DNA of 64,000 nt from contig OZ024740.1 of the NCBI GenBank assembly GCA_964016885.1, positions 124,434,001 through 124,498,000 on the forward strand, given 5' to 3'. Both the position numbers and the translations under genes were made by a program. This document shows positions 13,590-27,482 of the stretch, in pieces (position 1 is the first letter of the stretch; each line of letters opens with the position of its first letter). The notes beneath the pieces are model-generated. The model saw only the letters and a list, made by a program, of their open reading frames with translations, was not told where the DNA came from and made no database searches. Source of the DNA: Eledone cirrhosa. Lineage: Eukaryota.

Positions 13590-13793
13590 ACACACACAAA
13601 TATGCATACAAAAACATATATATGGTGAGAATTTATTTGGAAATAAAGCAATAGATATCAGTTCATTTTCAACTTGGCTATCTTCCTATTTTCATTATTT
13701 TTGTTGTTTACCTACATTATCATATGGTAATATATATATACATAAGTGCTTTTGAGTGTATCTGCGTATAGTATATGTATGTGAGTGTGTGTG

Positions 13794-13868
<75 letters not shown>

Positions 13869-16085
13869 ATGAATACATACATATTCTCAATATGTTGAAG
13901 AGAATGTGTAATTGTGTATCTGCAATTGTGTATGGCTTTTTGTATAATGCAGTTAGAATAATCATATTAGTATACTGATGCATAGTATTGTCTGTCTACA
14001 TATGTTAACAGATAGGCGGACAGACAGACACATACAGAGATATATATATATATATATATATGTGTATGTGTGAATATATATATAAATATATATAAATGTA
14101 CATACACATACACTTGTAGCAATATGTGAATGTCTATTTTTATGAATATTAATGAGAGTGATTGAGGGTATGTTTGTAAGTTAATGTCTAAAACCAAACA
14201 AGAATTGTGTTTCAGTACTGCTATGTTTACAAAAGCAATTACGTAGCCCCCATCACTGGAGTGATATAGAAAAATTTTATGTGTCAGTTCAACATCGTAA
14301 ATTACAAGTAAGAGGTAGAACTTTCAAGACGGCTGCTCTGAAATGTATTCAGAATTTATTCGAGCAATTAACATTTCATATAGCATAGTTATGTATATAT
14401 TAACACATGACTTTAGGAATTTACTGCTCTTTTAATGTTCATTGGTAAATCAACTTTACTGACTTTTGTATAAACTTTATGAACATGTTAAAGATTTTTA
14501 TTTTCTTAGATTCTGTTTGGTTTTTGATAGAAATTCTTTGAGGTTAGCGAAAGAAAACAGTTGAATATACTATAAATATGACCTGCTTATTTAGGTAGAG
14601 ACTTTCAAATTCGTAATGACAAAGGAATGTGATTGTATGACATTCATGTCCTTTTCCAACTCTGTATTGTTTATTTTCTACTGCTGTTAAGATGGCCTCT
14701 GCCTTGTAGATCTGGCTGGTCATGTGTCACATCTACACAGATTCTCTTAACTCACTTGTCTTTATCTCTCATCACATATAGTTGCCTACCTCAAATCAGG
14801 TCAAAAACTACCCAATTCTTCCAGTTGCTCTTCCACAGAGCATTAGCCTTCCTTGTCAACATTTTTCCACATAGCTTTCATGTTGCTGCTTTTAGAGGAA
14901 AATAATGAAGTCATCTATCTACCCATCCTCAAAAGGTCTGTATACATCTTATTTGAAAAAAACAACATCATAAAACAACGAAATTGATTTAGCATTATTT
15001 AGGAATTTAAACAAATTATTTTATTTTATTTGCTTTTGGATTTGTTCTTTATTCTCTGGAGCTTTTTGACAATTTGAGGTTATGATTGATTGTTACAGAA
15101 GGCAAAAATAATCCAAATTTAAGAGCAATGTAATATGAAAAGTTATGATGTTTATGCTTTTTATACATTAGGATATTATCAGAAAAACAGTGAGGTGAAA
15201 TAATTTTGTGCACGAATCAAGAGCAGTATACAGGAATGTGGGAGACAAATTAATGAAGCGAGTGTCTGATACTGAAATGTGTTACACATCAAGGCCAGAA
15301 AGGGTCACATTCAATTGAATAATGTTAGTTTGGATCAGGAGAAAACCAGTAACAAGATTGTCTTAAATTGAAGAAGCTTTCAAATGCTCATTGTCAAACA
15401 AAACATTAAGACTAGTGGGATGTAGAGAAAAATGTATAATCAAACTGAAGATATAAGCCAAATGTGTGGAGCAGAATAGACGCTAGTAAAAGCACAAAAA
15501 GGTCATGCGGTGGTGTCAAAGAGGGTGACAAATTAAGCCTTCCACTAAAGTAGAATTTGAAGTCAGAATGCAATGTGCTGGAACAAATCATATACAATAC
15601 TTTGTTTAATATACTAACAAATCTGCAAATCCACTGTCCAAGAATCATTTTCTCTATCCTGATGGGATGAGAGGCAAATTTGACCTCAGCTCGATTTGAA
15701 TTTAGAATGTATATATTATAAACATTACTACATGCTGTTTTAATATCTGGTGCCTGAAAATGTAGGCATGATTAAGAAATATGTCAAATATTTAACCTAT
15801 CATAACTTCTTGTTTCAATAACATATTGCACTAATATTACATCTACTTACTCATCAGAGTTATGATCAATATGTCTATATGCCAATATATATATGCATTA
15901 AAACAACAACAGAAGGCCAAACTGGAAAATTTACATTAGAATTTTAATTCCGAGAAAGCACTACACATATTTTGATGGCCCAGCTCTATCATCTGATAGA
16001 CAATTTCATCAGGTATTATTTGAAGAATTATGTAACAGGATTATGTTGAACCCAAACATAAAATAAAAGATAGAAAATAGACATA

Positions 16086-16181
16086 GAAAAATTGATTTGG
16101 CGACAGCCTGCTAATTTGGTGTTATATCAATAGCACTATCGATATAACACCAAATTAGAAGGCTGTCCCTGAATCGAATTT

Positions 16182-16183
<2 letters not shown>
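16086..16183. repeat. ~100-bp imperfect palindrome
   Basis: CAGCCTGCTAATTTGGTGTTATATC / GATATAACACCAAATTAGAAGGCTG. Confidence 0.8.
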
Positions 16184-16226
<43 letters not shown>

Positions 16227-17077
16227 TTTGTGATAAATATACTCTGTAAATTGGTTGGAATGAGGAAGGATATCCATGCCTAGAAAGCATGCCCAAATGA
16301 AATGTTTGAGGAAGACATAATCACTGACCTCTCTAGTCACAGAAAATCTCAACCCGTCCAATACATGCCTTAAAATGGGGTGATAAGAACGTTTATTCTA
16401 TTATATCAATCCCAGCACTTTGTTTGGTAATTACTATATCATTCTTGAAAGATACAACATACAGTGTGAATTGTTTAATATGTACATTGAAAAATACATA
16501 TTTATGTGTCAAATAGATAAAATAATTAAGCAATGTTTAATAAAACAAAAAACACTATTAAAGGGAACAAAAAAGGAAGAAAACGAGGAAATTAAAAGAA
16601 GAAAAAGGAAAAAAAAAAGAATCAAGTAATGAAAGAAAGGGAGATAGAGAAGGACACACTGAGTGGTGCCTCAGCCACACTCCATGGACAAAATGGCAAA
16701 AATGTTACTATGGAGAACAGCCAGAGACAGCCTCTGCAACAGCTACCCCACCTCACATGGGTTTTCTTTAACAGGGCTGCAGTCTTTTAAATTTTCCATG
16801 TGTCAAATGTAACACTCAGTTCCACTAGTTCAGCTATGATGTATTTCCTCTCATTTTTTAGGTATTTAGCTCAAGTTAGAGCGAGATTACAATGTACCTG
16901 ACTACAATAAATAACATAATGCCACTGCCAAACTTGCAGTGACATTTATGCAAATAATCCAGCATATTTAGTCACCTGTACGTATATGTATATGTGTATG
17001 TGTGAGTGTGTGTGTATATGTATATATGTTTGCTTATTTGTATGCCTGTATTAATGCATATGTAAATACACACAAAT

Positions 17078-17153
<76 letters not shown>

Positions 17154-17472
17154 TATAAGCAGTTTTCTATTCCATTACTTATACTTACTGTGTTTATTTA
17201 TTGATTTCGTTTTTATAATGTTTTGTCCTTTTTAAACACTGCCTTTCAGAATCACTTCTGATATAACAAATATGTCTATTTTCCCCTATACATACTGGTA
17301 AGTCATTCTCACTGGCTATATTTTCAGTTGAGATCTTGTATCATCTGCCTCATGTGTATTGAGATCAATTTATTTAGTTTTCAGACAAACGTAATGCAGA
17401 TGTCAGTTCAAATCTGCTGTGCATCTATATGGATTATCCAAGAGTTATTTGTTTGGCTACAATAGGTCGTGT

Positions 17473-17531
<59 letters not shown>

Positions 17532-17810
17532 TGTGTGAGTGTGTGTGTGAAGAAAACAGAAGGAATTAATAGTGTATGTACAGGTTGTCATTTTAAATAT
17601 CTGCATTCATACTCATGGATAAAAAAAGAGAGAAACAGATAAAGAACATTTATACATTATATGCATACATGAGTAAACACATCCACACACATGCATACAA
17701 ACATGCACATACAAACATACATACGGATATGTGTGTGTATGTGTATGTAAAACATTTCTTTGCTTTTCTTTTTCAACCTATGGATATGAATGTAGATATT
17801 TTAAATGCCA

Positions 17811-17881
<71 letters not shown>

Positions 17882-18446
17882 CATATATATATATATATGT
17901 GTGTATGTGTGTATATGTATGGGTGATCAATAATTTGGGAAGCAATATTGAGGGAGATCATGATAGGAGTGGCTTAAGATGTGTAGACGGTCTAAGGGAA
18001 TCATGTGAAGCATGTGTTAGGCAGTGTATGGTGCTTCCAGTTGAGGTGAGATATTGTAGAGGGAAATTATAGATCTACTTTATCCTACAACGTTGGCAAC
18101 AGGCAAAACGGAATAGCAAAATAGGGATAAAAGGATAAACAAGAAAAAAATACTTCTCATGTATATTTTAGAAAAAGACCAAAACAGAGGAAAGAACAAA
18201 TTGTAGTGAGTAGTAAAAAAATATAGATGCTAAATAGCTGCAGTGGATACAGCTGCATCAAGTTTTGTGTGGTGGGGGTTATATGTTGTGGGCAAAATAG
18301 ACCCAAGCAATTCTTGGTAACATCAATCTGCTAACTGACTTTATTGCAGTTAACATGGAAAGAAGGACCTGCACTACAGGGCTTCGCTTTGCAGAGGAAA
18401 ACAAAGATATCATCTATTGAACAGTTCCATCAGATTACCCTCTTTA

Positions 18447-19078
18447 ATGTAAATAATTGTTTCTACAATAGGCACAAGGCCAGCAATTATCCCAGTGTAT
18501 TACTGGTACTTTATTTTATCGACCCTCGTTAGGATGAAAGGCAAAGTTAACCTCGACGGGATTTGAATTCAGAATGGAAAGGGCCGTAACTCTATGCGTC
18601 AAACCATGGCGCCCAACCCTCTACCAATACTGCCAATTCACCACCATTAATGTAAATAATTATTTCTACTTTTGGCACAAGGCCAGCAATGTAAATAATT
18701 GTTTCTACTTTAGGCACAAGGCCAGCGATTACCCAGTACATTACTGGTACTTTGTTTTATCGACCCCGTAAGGATGAAAGGCAAAGTCAACCTCGGCGGG
18801 ATTTGAACTCAGATCGTAAAGGGACGTAACTATGCTGGAAAGCATGGCGTCCGACCCTCCACTGATACTGCCAATCCACGCCCTTATGTAAATAATTGTT
18901 TCTACTTTAGGCACAAGGCCAGCAATTACCCAGTACATTACTGGTACTTTATTTTATCGACCCCTTAAGGATGAAAGGCAAAGTTAACCTCGGCGGGATT
19001 TGAACTCAGACCGAAAAGGGACGTAACTATGCTAGAAAACATGGCGTCCAACCCTCTACCGATACTGCCAATTCACCG
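18447..19078 (-). mobile_element. Three head-to-tail tRNA-derived SINE copies
   Basis: GGATGAAAGGCAAAGT..ACCTCG..GGGATTTGAA repeated at ~18532, ~18772 and ~18969. Confidence 0.92.
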
Positions 19079-19199
19079 TAAATAATGCTGCCAAGAATGC
19101 TGTCCAGTTTCCTCGCACTGAATGAACTCATAGACACATTAGTCATGAAAGCTGAGGTCTTGGGATGGCCAAGCTACCTTCATGGATAATCTTAACCAT

Positions 19200-19600
19200 T
19201 TATCATAATTATCATCACTGTTTAACAATAATTTTTCCACCCTAGCATGGGTTAGATGGGTTGCCCCATTTGAGGAAAGTTGACTGTCAGCTGAGCATAT
19301 CTTGCTCACATAGAACTGTTTCTGTCATGGCTCCTATGGCAGGATGCCTTTTCTAATGCCAACTTCATTTACTGTGTGCTGGGTGCTTTTTGATATGACT
19401 CCTACACAAACATTTTACAGTGTGGGCTGGGTGCTTTTTATCGTGACACCTACACAGCTACTTTACAGTGTAGGTTGGGTGCGTTTTGTTGTGACACCTA
19501 CAACAACCACTTTACAAGGTGGGCTGGGCGCATTTTGCTATGTCCCCATCACAACCATTTTACAGTGTGGGCCCAGTACTTTTTGTCATGTCACCATCAG
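19200..19600 (-). mobile_element. Diverged RTE 3'UTR with internal ~40-bp repeats
   Basis: CTAGCATGGGTTAGATGGG and repeated TTTACAGTGTGGGCTGGGTGC units. Confidence 0.7.
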
Positions 19601-20974
19601 ATTTATGTTATTTATAATTTCTATTCAGATGTTGGTGTTGGTTCTGAATCTGAAACGTTGTACTATAGTGGATTAGTCTATCCTGTGTTGAATGAGTAGC
19701 AACAAATTGATTGTGATCTTGATGTCATGTGAGGGAATGTAATGTTAGCTTACCCAGTAAAGGCTTAAATATGCTAATCAGTCAGATAAAATTAGTAGAA
19801 TCTGGCAAGTGATAGATTTGTGCATTCACTCCCTTGATAGAATCTGTTTGTGTCTTCCTATTATTGACTGTACATGCAAAGATTTTATGTATGACTTTAA
19901 TAACATAAACATTTACATTATATCTAAATGCCTTCACACACATATATATATATATCTTTTGAGAGAGAGTGAGAGAAAGAAACAACATATAAAATGATAC
20001 ATTTGTAAACACCTGTTTGAATTATAAAGAAAATTGAGAATTACTTATAGAATTTGAACCATATATCTATCATGTGCCAGTCAAGAACATTGATAATTAT
20101 GCCTTACCAATTTGACATAATACCTCTCAAATGAGGTATGTTTCTCAAACTACTATAACTGAACTTATAACCTCCACGACACACTATGTAGTGTATGAGG
20201 TAACCTAGTAAGTGACAGACAGTGTTTGAGTAGTGTCACTAAGTTTATTTTGGTTTTCAATCTCAAATTAATATTTAGAAAGGTGTGATGTTTAATTTTG
20301 CATGTGATAAAAATCTTATCTGTTGTTTCATAATTCATTATGCTCACATACACATATGAATAAATATGTATCCAAAAGTAATATATATATATATATATAT
20401 ATACATACATACACACATATATATATTTATATGAAACTGCCAAAATTTACCTCAACAGTTGATAACCTTGTGGTTATGTGTCCTTTGTTTGTATTCTTAT
20501 TTTTTTAAATAATTTTTTAAAGTTTCCCCTTAAAACATTGTTTTTTGTTTTTTATTCAATGTCTTGTCCTCTCTTTATTATTTTCCTTATGTTTATATAT
20601 ACATATATACATGATTATGTATATAACCGTCGGGGTCCTGGCTCTTTCCCTATATATATATAAATAACAAATATATATAAATTTAGTCTTGTTGTATAAA
20701 TAGAGCCAATAGACTAACTCTATGATCTGCAGCACATCGAATGTCTAAATAAGTGATCCCTGGTGAATCTCTAATGAAACTTGTAACTTCTATCGCCATT
20801 CTAACCTATTGAAGACTCACTGGTTTGGTTCAACGAGAGACTAAATATATGATTTTTACATACAATAATTATGTCCCCTTTTGTCCAGGGCAAAATCTAT
20901 AAATGTCAATAATGACTGCATTGTTTATAATTTTATGATGGTGTCCACACATTCTGAATAAGGATTTCTAAATA

Positions 20975-21150
20975 AGGATTTCTAATTTAGGCACAAGGCC
21001 AGCAATTTATGGGGAGGGATAAGTTGATTATTGAGCCAAGAGAGTATGAAAGGTGAAGCTGACCTTAGCAGGATTTGAACTCAGAATATAAATAGATGTA
21101 AATAATTGCTGTAAAGCATTTTGACCAAAGCTCTAACAATTTTGCTTATT
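20975..21150 (-). mobile_element. Diverged SINE
   Basis: TTTAGGCACAAGGCCAGCAAT...GGATTTGAACTCAGAA. Confidence 0.7.
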
Positions 21151-21509
21151 AAAATTTAATACATATATAAAACATAAAATATACACATCTATACACAATG
21201 TATATATATATTTATAGATTTACAAGTAAAACAATATAAAAATGTGTAAACATTTATTGAAATTAAAATATTGTAATTATATGGAACAATAAAATATTGT
21301 GATATTTAAAAAAATAATTATGAACTTCATTTTAAAACTGTTTTTACTGTAGATGATGCAAATTCATCAACAATATCATCAGCATTTCTAATTTTGATTT
21401 TCTCACATTCAATATTGAGTATAGCAAAACCTGAGAGTTTTGATTGACTTAGCTCAATGAAATTCTCAAATTAATTGTCTAATTCAACATGGAATAATAG
21501 TGCAATAGT

Positions 21510-21750
21510 AAGCATTATTTGATAGGTAAGGGTGGTTTAATGGCATTATTGGTAGAGTGTGAAACAACATGCTTTGTGGCATATAGTTATGGCCCTTTAT
21601 GTTCTGTTTTCAAATCCTACCAAGGTTAATTTTACTTTTTATCTTTACAGGATTGATAAAATAAAGTTTCAATGACGTACTGGGATCGATTTAATCAAAT
21701 TTTCCCTCCACCAAGATTGTTGGTCTTGCACCTAAATCAGAAACCATTAT
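21510..21750 (+). mobile_element. Diverged SINE
   Basis: TTCAAATCCTACCAAGGTT...GATAAAATAAAG...CTTGCACCTAAATCAGAAAC. Confidence 0.7.
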
Positions 21751-23544
21751 TCTAATAGTGATTCTCAAAATTGAAAGATAGTTTTTCAACCTCTTACTGA
21801 ATTTCATAAAACTCAGATCAATTAATAACTTTATTATAAAACTGTTCAAATTTAAAGCAACTACTAATAAGGATATTCCCATTAAAATGTTGCTGCTCTC
21901 ATTTGAGTTGTACATACACACACACATGAATAACCAAGTTACAGAATTATATATCATGAAATAAACAATTATGCCGATTTTATTGTGTCTTAACTACCAT
22001 CATTTGATATATATATATATATATTTACCCATTCCTTAGGTGAAAGGCATTATGGTTTTGAAGCTCTCCTATATACATCAAGGATGTCTCACATAGTTCT
22101 GAGCAGGTGACGCTGAAAATATGGGCTTTCAATCATGTTGTATTTGTCATTAGACAATGTAAACCACATTGGCAGGATGTTACAAGCTATACATATGGTC
22201 AGATGATCTAATTTGAGGAAACAAAGATTGTTTCAAACCTTGTAAGAATTATCTAAATTTTCTAAAAATATGTAATTTGTTTTAACTGCATTTAAGGTTA
22301 GGTGATAATATTGTAGACCTAATATTTAAAACCCTTTCATTGCTATATTTCTCATAAAATAAACTGCCTACGATTCAGACTATATAGGAATTTAGAAATA
22401 TAACTATTCGTCTCATTATCAAGCTGGAGTTTTGAATAAAACTTTACAAAACTTCTTAGATAAAGTTATGATGGAAGGTTTTTAAATGAATATGATCACT
22501 TTAAAATAAACAGTTTTGTATCATAAAGACATTGATAGTTTCAAGTAGTTTTGTATCAAAAGATTTAATGCTGTTGACCAGTTAATGTAAAGAGTATAGA
22601 TTATAGACAAGTTACACACATGGTTTTGTTAATGGGCTGAACTCACAGCTGGTACCTATATTGTCACCAGATGTCTAATATATCAAGATATTTGATTTTC
22701 AATGAGCCCATCTGTTACATTAGTCAAATGATTTACTACTGAATAGAATAGCATCACTATAAAATTAGGAATTAGTGGGGCAGCTTGCAGTATTTAATTT
22801 GACTTTTCCTCTGAATTCCCTAAACAAGGATGCCCTAGTTACATGAACCAAGTAATATAAAAAATTTACCACTACGCATTACAATGTACAAATAAGAGTT
22901 TCATACATTATTGAAGTTTTGATATTTAATAAAGATTATCAGATTCACCTTTTAGTGACATGTGTAGAAATGCACCGAACATAGATACATTTTCAAGATA
23001 GGAATATTTAATGACAATTTGTTACTGATAAGAATTTAAGTAATTCATATAATATATAGATAGATGAAACATAACACATAAAAATCTAATTTAAAAAGAA
23101 GTAAAATATATTCCAACACCATCATGTCATTTCTCTAGAATATTATTATTTTTAAAATGTGGTCTTTTATATTTGTGTTCTTCTGTTATAAAGTAATGTT
23201 CATTTCTGACGACTATACATATTCATACAAAAAATAAATGATGAGATTGTAAGGGATTAATAATTAAGTTCCAGTATACTTGTAAATGTAGCCCATACAT
23301 ATATATTCATAGACACACACATGAACAGAAACAAACATACATACACATATGCTTTTGCATTGTCATTGTCCATACTGATAGACTTGAGACTAACAACAAA
23401 CAAAGTTCACTTGTATTCATAAACATAGTTAAATTAGGTTGTATCTAGGAAGGCACTGACTTAAGATAGTTGGTTGTTGCTGAATAAAGACTATCTCTAT
23501 ATTAACTAAGATTTAGTTAACCAATAGCTATGAATGTTGTGGAA

Positions 23545-23875
23545 GATGCATCGCTTAGTGATTGGAGCATTGGGCTTGCAATCATGAGGTTGTGCATTCA
23601 ATTCCCAGACCAGGTGATGCATTGTGTCCTTAAGCAAGATACTTTATTTCACTTTTCTTCAGTTCACTTGACTATAGGCATGAATTGCGATGTCACTGGT
23701 TCCAGGTGGTATCACTTTTTACCTTTCTCTTGAACAACATCTGTGGCATAGAAAAAGGAGACCAGTATCCATGGGCATCTGCTGGCCTTCCACAAACAAA
23801 CTTGCCTGGACTTGTACCACAGAAGGGAACTTTTTAGGTGCAAATTATATGGTCATTCATGACTGAAGGGGGTCA
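23545..23875 (+). mobile_element. Second SINE family (tRNA head, CORE-like TGTCCTT(G/A)AGCAAG domain)
   Basis: GCTTAGTGATTGGAGCA A-box-like, TTCAATTCC B-box-like, TGTGTCCTTAAGCAAGATACTTTATTTCAC. Confidence 0.7.
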
Positions 23876-25012
23876 TTTATGAATGCTCCAAGCTTCAGAG
23901 AGTTATCAACCTTTTCCTCAATGCATGCTTTATGACAAATAACTATCAAGTTAGATAGAAGTGTTTGAAAATAGATTGAGTCAGTATATTTGAGTTAACA
24001 TTTAACAGCATCTTTCTTTATCTTCAAAAACATCTAATGAATATATAAATGCCTATATAGTATATGTATGTTCTTTCTATGAGTATAAAGATGAAAAGTC
24101 CGAGTAGAAAAGGCTGAAAAGAATGGAAACAAATATGGTTTGGGAGATGACTGGAATATCACTGAGAGTAAGAAAGACAAACAATTAATTGGAGAAGATA
24201 ATAGGAATGGAGCCAATGATGAGTGCTGTGAAGGTAAATGGAACAAGCTGGTTAGGTCATGTGTTGAGAAAAGATGGATAAATGGTTGAGAGTAATGATG
24301 GAAATGCATGAGGTAGATATAGAAAAAGAACAAGACATGGCTAAAAACAATGAAGAAGGAAATAAAAACTAGTTGGTTGGTGAGGAGGGATGCAGTTGAT
24401 AGACACCTGCAAGGCTACTCTTTGATTTAGCAACAAAAGTAGCCTTCAAATGCCTATGATTTAGGATTATATTGCAGACTGCAGAAAGACTGCACCCCAC
24501 CATATATATATATATATATATATATATCAGAATGGAGGCAGTAAAAAACAAGGAGACCGTTACTCACCAGAGTACTCAATACTTGGGGTAGTAGACATAT
24601 TTGTACATTACCATTGGTTTAATTAGATATAAACAAATACATCTAACTTTTTATATACAATAGGAATAAGTTGTAAGCTTATTCTCATCACCTTGAAGAG
24701 TGAGACATGTTTGTCTACCTCTAATGAAATTAAGACTAAGGTATGACTAAGTCAAACTATAACACACTGCATCATTTTAACTTATCCTAAAAGGCTACAT
24801 ATCTTTCTTATTTTTGCTACTCATCAACTGTACATCCCTAAAAGGATGCACTCTTGAAATTGCAAGGATAGTTTCAGTTATTTAAGGTTTTTTCCCACTT
24901 ACCATATTCAGACAGTCTATGTATGCATGCTATGCAAAGTACTCCCTACAGAAATTTTTGTCTTACACTTTATTGACATGTATAATCAGTGCATTATTTC
25001 TTTACTACTAAT

Positions 25013-25205
25013 GGGCGGTGGATTGGCAGTATCCGTAGAGGGTCGGATGCCATGCTTTCCAGCACAGTTATGTCCCTTTACGATCTGAGTTCAAATCCCG
25101 CCGAGGTTGACTTTGCCTTTCATCCTTACGGGGTCGATAAAATAAAGTACCAGTAATGTTCTGGGTAATTGCTGGCCTTGTGCCTAAAGTAGAAACAATT
25201 ATTTC
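25013..25205 (+). mobile_element. Full-length tRNA-derived SINE (Nin-domain-like body)
   Basis: TGGCAGTATCCGTAG A-box-like, GAGTTCAAATCCC B-box, GACTTTGCCTTTCATCCTTACGGGGTCGATAAAATAAAGTACCAG. Confidence 0.9.
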
Positions 25206-25569
25206 TTTACTACTTTCCATGACTATATCTGACAATTCTTAATCTAGCCAATTTGCTTAGTGAATAAGTATCACTGAAGAGATTTAATAAATTAGAAATC
25301 TGCCCATTGCTTTCATAAAGATAACTTACAGACAAGATCTATTCACGTTGCATTGTAATATAATTATTCAAAAATACTTGGATCAGCTCAAACTAAAATC
25401 ATTCTCTCCTTTGATCGATGGTTTTTGCCTAAACACTCCAAGAGGATATTTTGGTTTTGAAATTACAATTGATTGAGGATTTATTTAACTCATCATATTT
25501 AGTTAGTAAGGTTCTCTTTGTACACACACACACCCACCCCCACACACACACACACACATATATAAAAAA

Positions 25570-26340
25570 GAAAGTTTCGCTCTACATGGCTGAATACAAT
25601 AAATGTAATCTGAGTTTTTTGAATATTAATAATAACATTCGATTAGTTTGCAATTATGCAAACAAGCCTCAATTTTATAGCCATGTCAGTAGAATGAAAA
25701 CTTCATTCTTGCTCTTATGTAGGCATGATGAAGGGTGATACCCAGAAACATTAGTGTCTGCAGTTCTGTTCGCATGCCAACATAAGAGCAAGAATGAAGT
25801 GTTCATTCTACTGACATGGCTATAAAATTGAGGCTTGTTTGCATAATTGCAAACGAATTGAATGTTATTATTAATATTCAAAAAACTTAGATTACATTTA
25901 TTGTATTCAGCCATGTAGAGCGAAACTTTATTTTTTATTTGAATTTGGCAAAGCCGTCCATTTATCGCTCGTATACAGGAACCTGACTGGCCAGTCTGCT
26001 GATATGCAAATCTGGCTGATCAGTGGATCTCCTAATATGCAGATCTGACTGATCAGCCAGTCTGCTAATATGCAAATCAGGCCGATCAGTCACTGTGTAT
26101 TTTCGAAAATAGCATATAATTTCACTAGTTCTGACAGATTGGCAGGTGAACAATGAGCTGTACTGATGAAGGGTGATACCCAGAAACATTAGTGTCTGCA
26201 GTTCTGTTCGCATGCCAACATAAGAGCAAGAATGAAATGTTCATTCTACTGACATGGCTATAAAATTGAGGCTTGTTTGCATAATGGCAAACGAATTGAA
26301 TGCTATTATTAATATAAAAAAAACTCAGAATACATTTATT
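25570..26340 (+). mobile_element. Non-coding 438-bp-period HHR tandem element with ~155-bp 5' inversion (retrozyme-like)
   Basis: GGGTGATACCCAGAAACATTAGTGTCTGCAG at 25733 and 26171; 25571-25727 is the reverse complement of ~25772-25929; internal ~33-bp repeats at 25983-26090. Confidence 0.87.
26157..26202 (+). ncRNA. Minimal hammerhead ribozyme (GUC site)
   Basis: gctgta-CTGATGA-a-gggt-gat-accc-a-GAAA-cattagtg-TC-tgcagt. Confidence 0.85.
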
Positions 26341-27441
26341 ATACATATATATATATATGTAGGAGGTGAGTTTTATTGTAGTACAATAAAGCAATGCAGA
26401 TATCAGATAAGAAGCACTCTACAGTTTGTAGGACTGGAGTATACATAATATATAAGATCTTATATATATATATATATATGTGTGTATATTGTTTCTTTCC
26501 TTGGAAAACATGCCTTTCTTTCAGATTACAATTGGCATGGTCCTAGTCATATATATATATATATATGCCAGCATGGCAGAGTGGATGCTAGCTGATTATG
26601 GTGATGATGATATATATATGTACATATATTTTTATACTTACATTTGTATATGTATATAATGAGAGAGAGAAAAAGAAATCAGTAGATAGGTTCGATAGAA
26701 TTGATTGATTTATAATGGTAGATGTGTGTATGTATGTAAGCACGTAGGTATGTATATGTATAGTATCGTATAGAGTAGGAAGAAATTTGTATTATCTAAA
26801 AGACTTCCATAACTAAAAGTTAGTTTTGGTGTGTTAGATGAAGAATTTCTGAGTGACCGAATCAGAGCATGTAAGAAGACAATATTTCATAGTTGGAAAC
26901 TAATTAAGAAGTGAAAATTCTTACTTGAATACAAATTAGGTATCGTATAAATGATAGCTGTTCTGTTTACATGAGTAGACAGATTCAGGCTGGAATGGCA
27001 AAATTGTTTAACTTTTTGCTCTGATATACATACATACGCACACACATACGTACATACATATACATGTATATAAATATATATATATATACATAATGTAAGT
27101 AGATAGATATATCTATGTACATTATATATATGGGCATGTATATATATATATATATATATAGTGAGATATAAAGCTAGAGAGAGAAAAAGAGGGTGAGAAA
27201 GAGAGAGTGTGAGAGAGGAGTGAGAGAAGCATTGTACAAAGAAGATGAAAACAGATATTTTGTACAGAATTTAATGGTTATAATATATTGGAACAAAGTC
27301 ATCAGTGAATTACCGGTTGCTCCTTGATAATCAGTCACTGAGTTTTCAGAAAGATATCAGATAGATGAACAAATTATCTGCTTCACATCACTTCACACAC
27401 CCTCAATGTCTCTCACTCTCTCTTCTCTATATATATACATA

Positions 27442-27482
<41 letters not shown>

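Noticed and set aside
22040-22106. Possible micro-exon with AG/GT borders
   Set aside because: Weak splice signals, no homology, no supporting neighbouring exons
25013-25100. tRNA gene
   Set aside because: A/B boxes belong to a multi-copy SINE head; no cloverleaf
25983-26090. CRISPR-like short repeats (also 19370-19600 and 47900-48050)
   Set aside because: Degenerate tandem units without unique spacers, eukaryotic context, no cas genes
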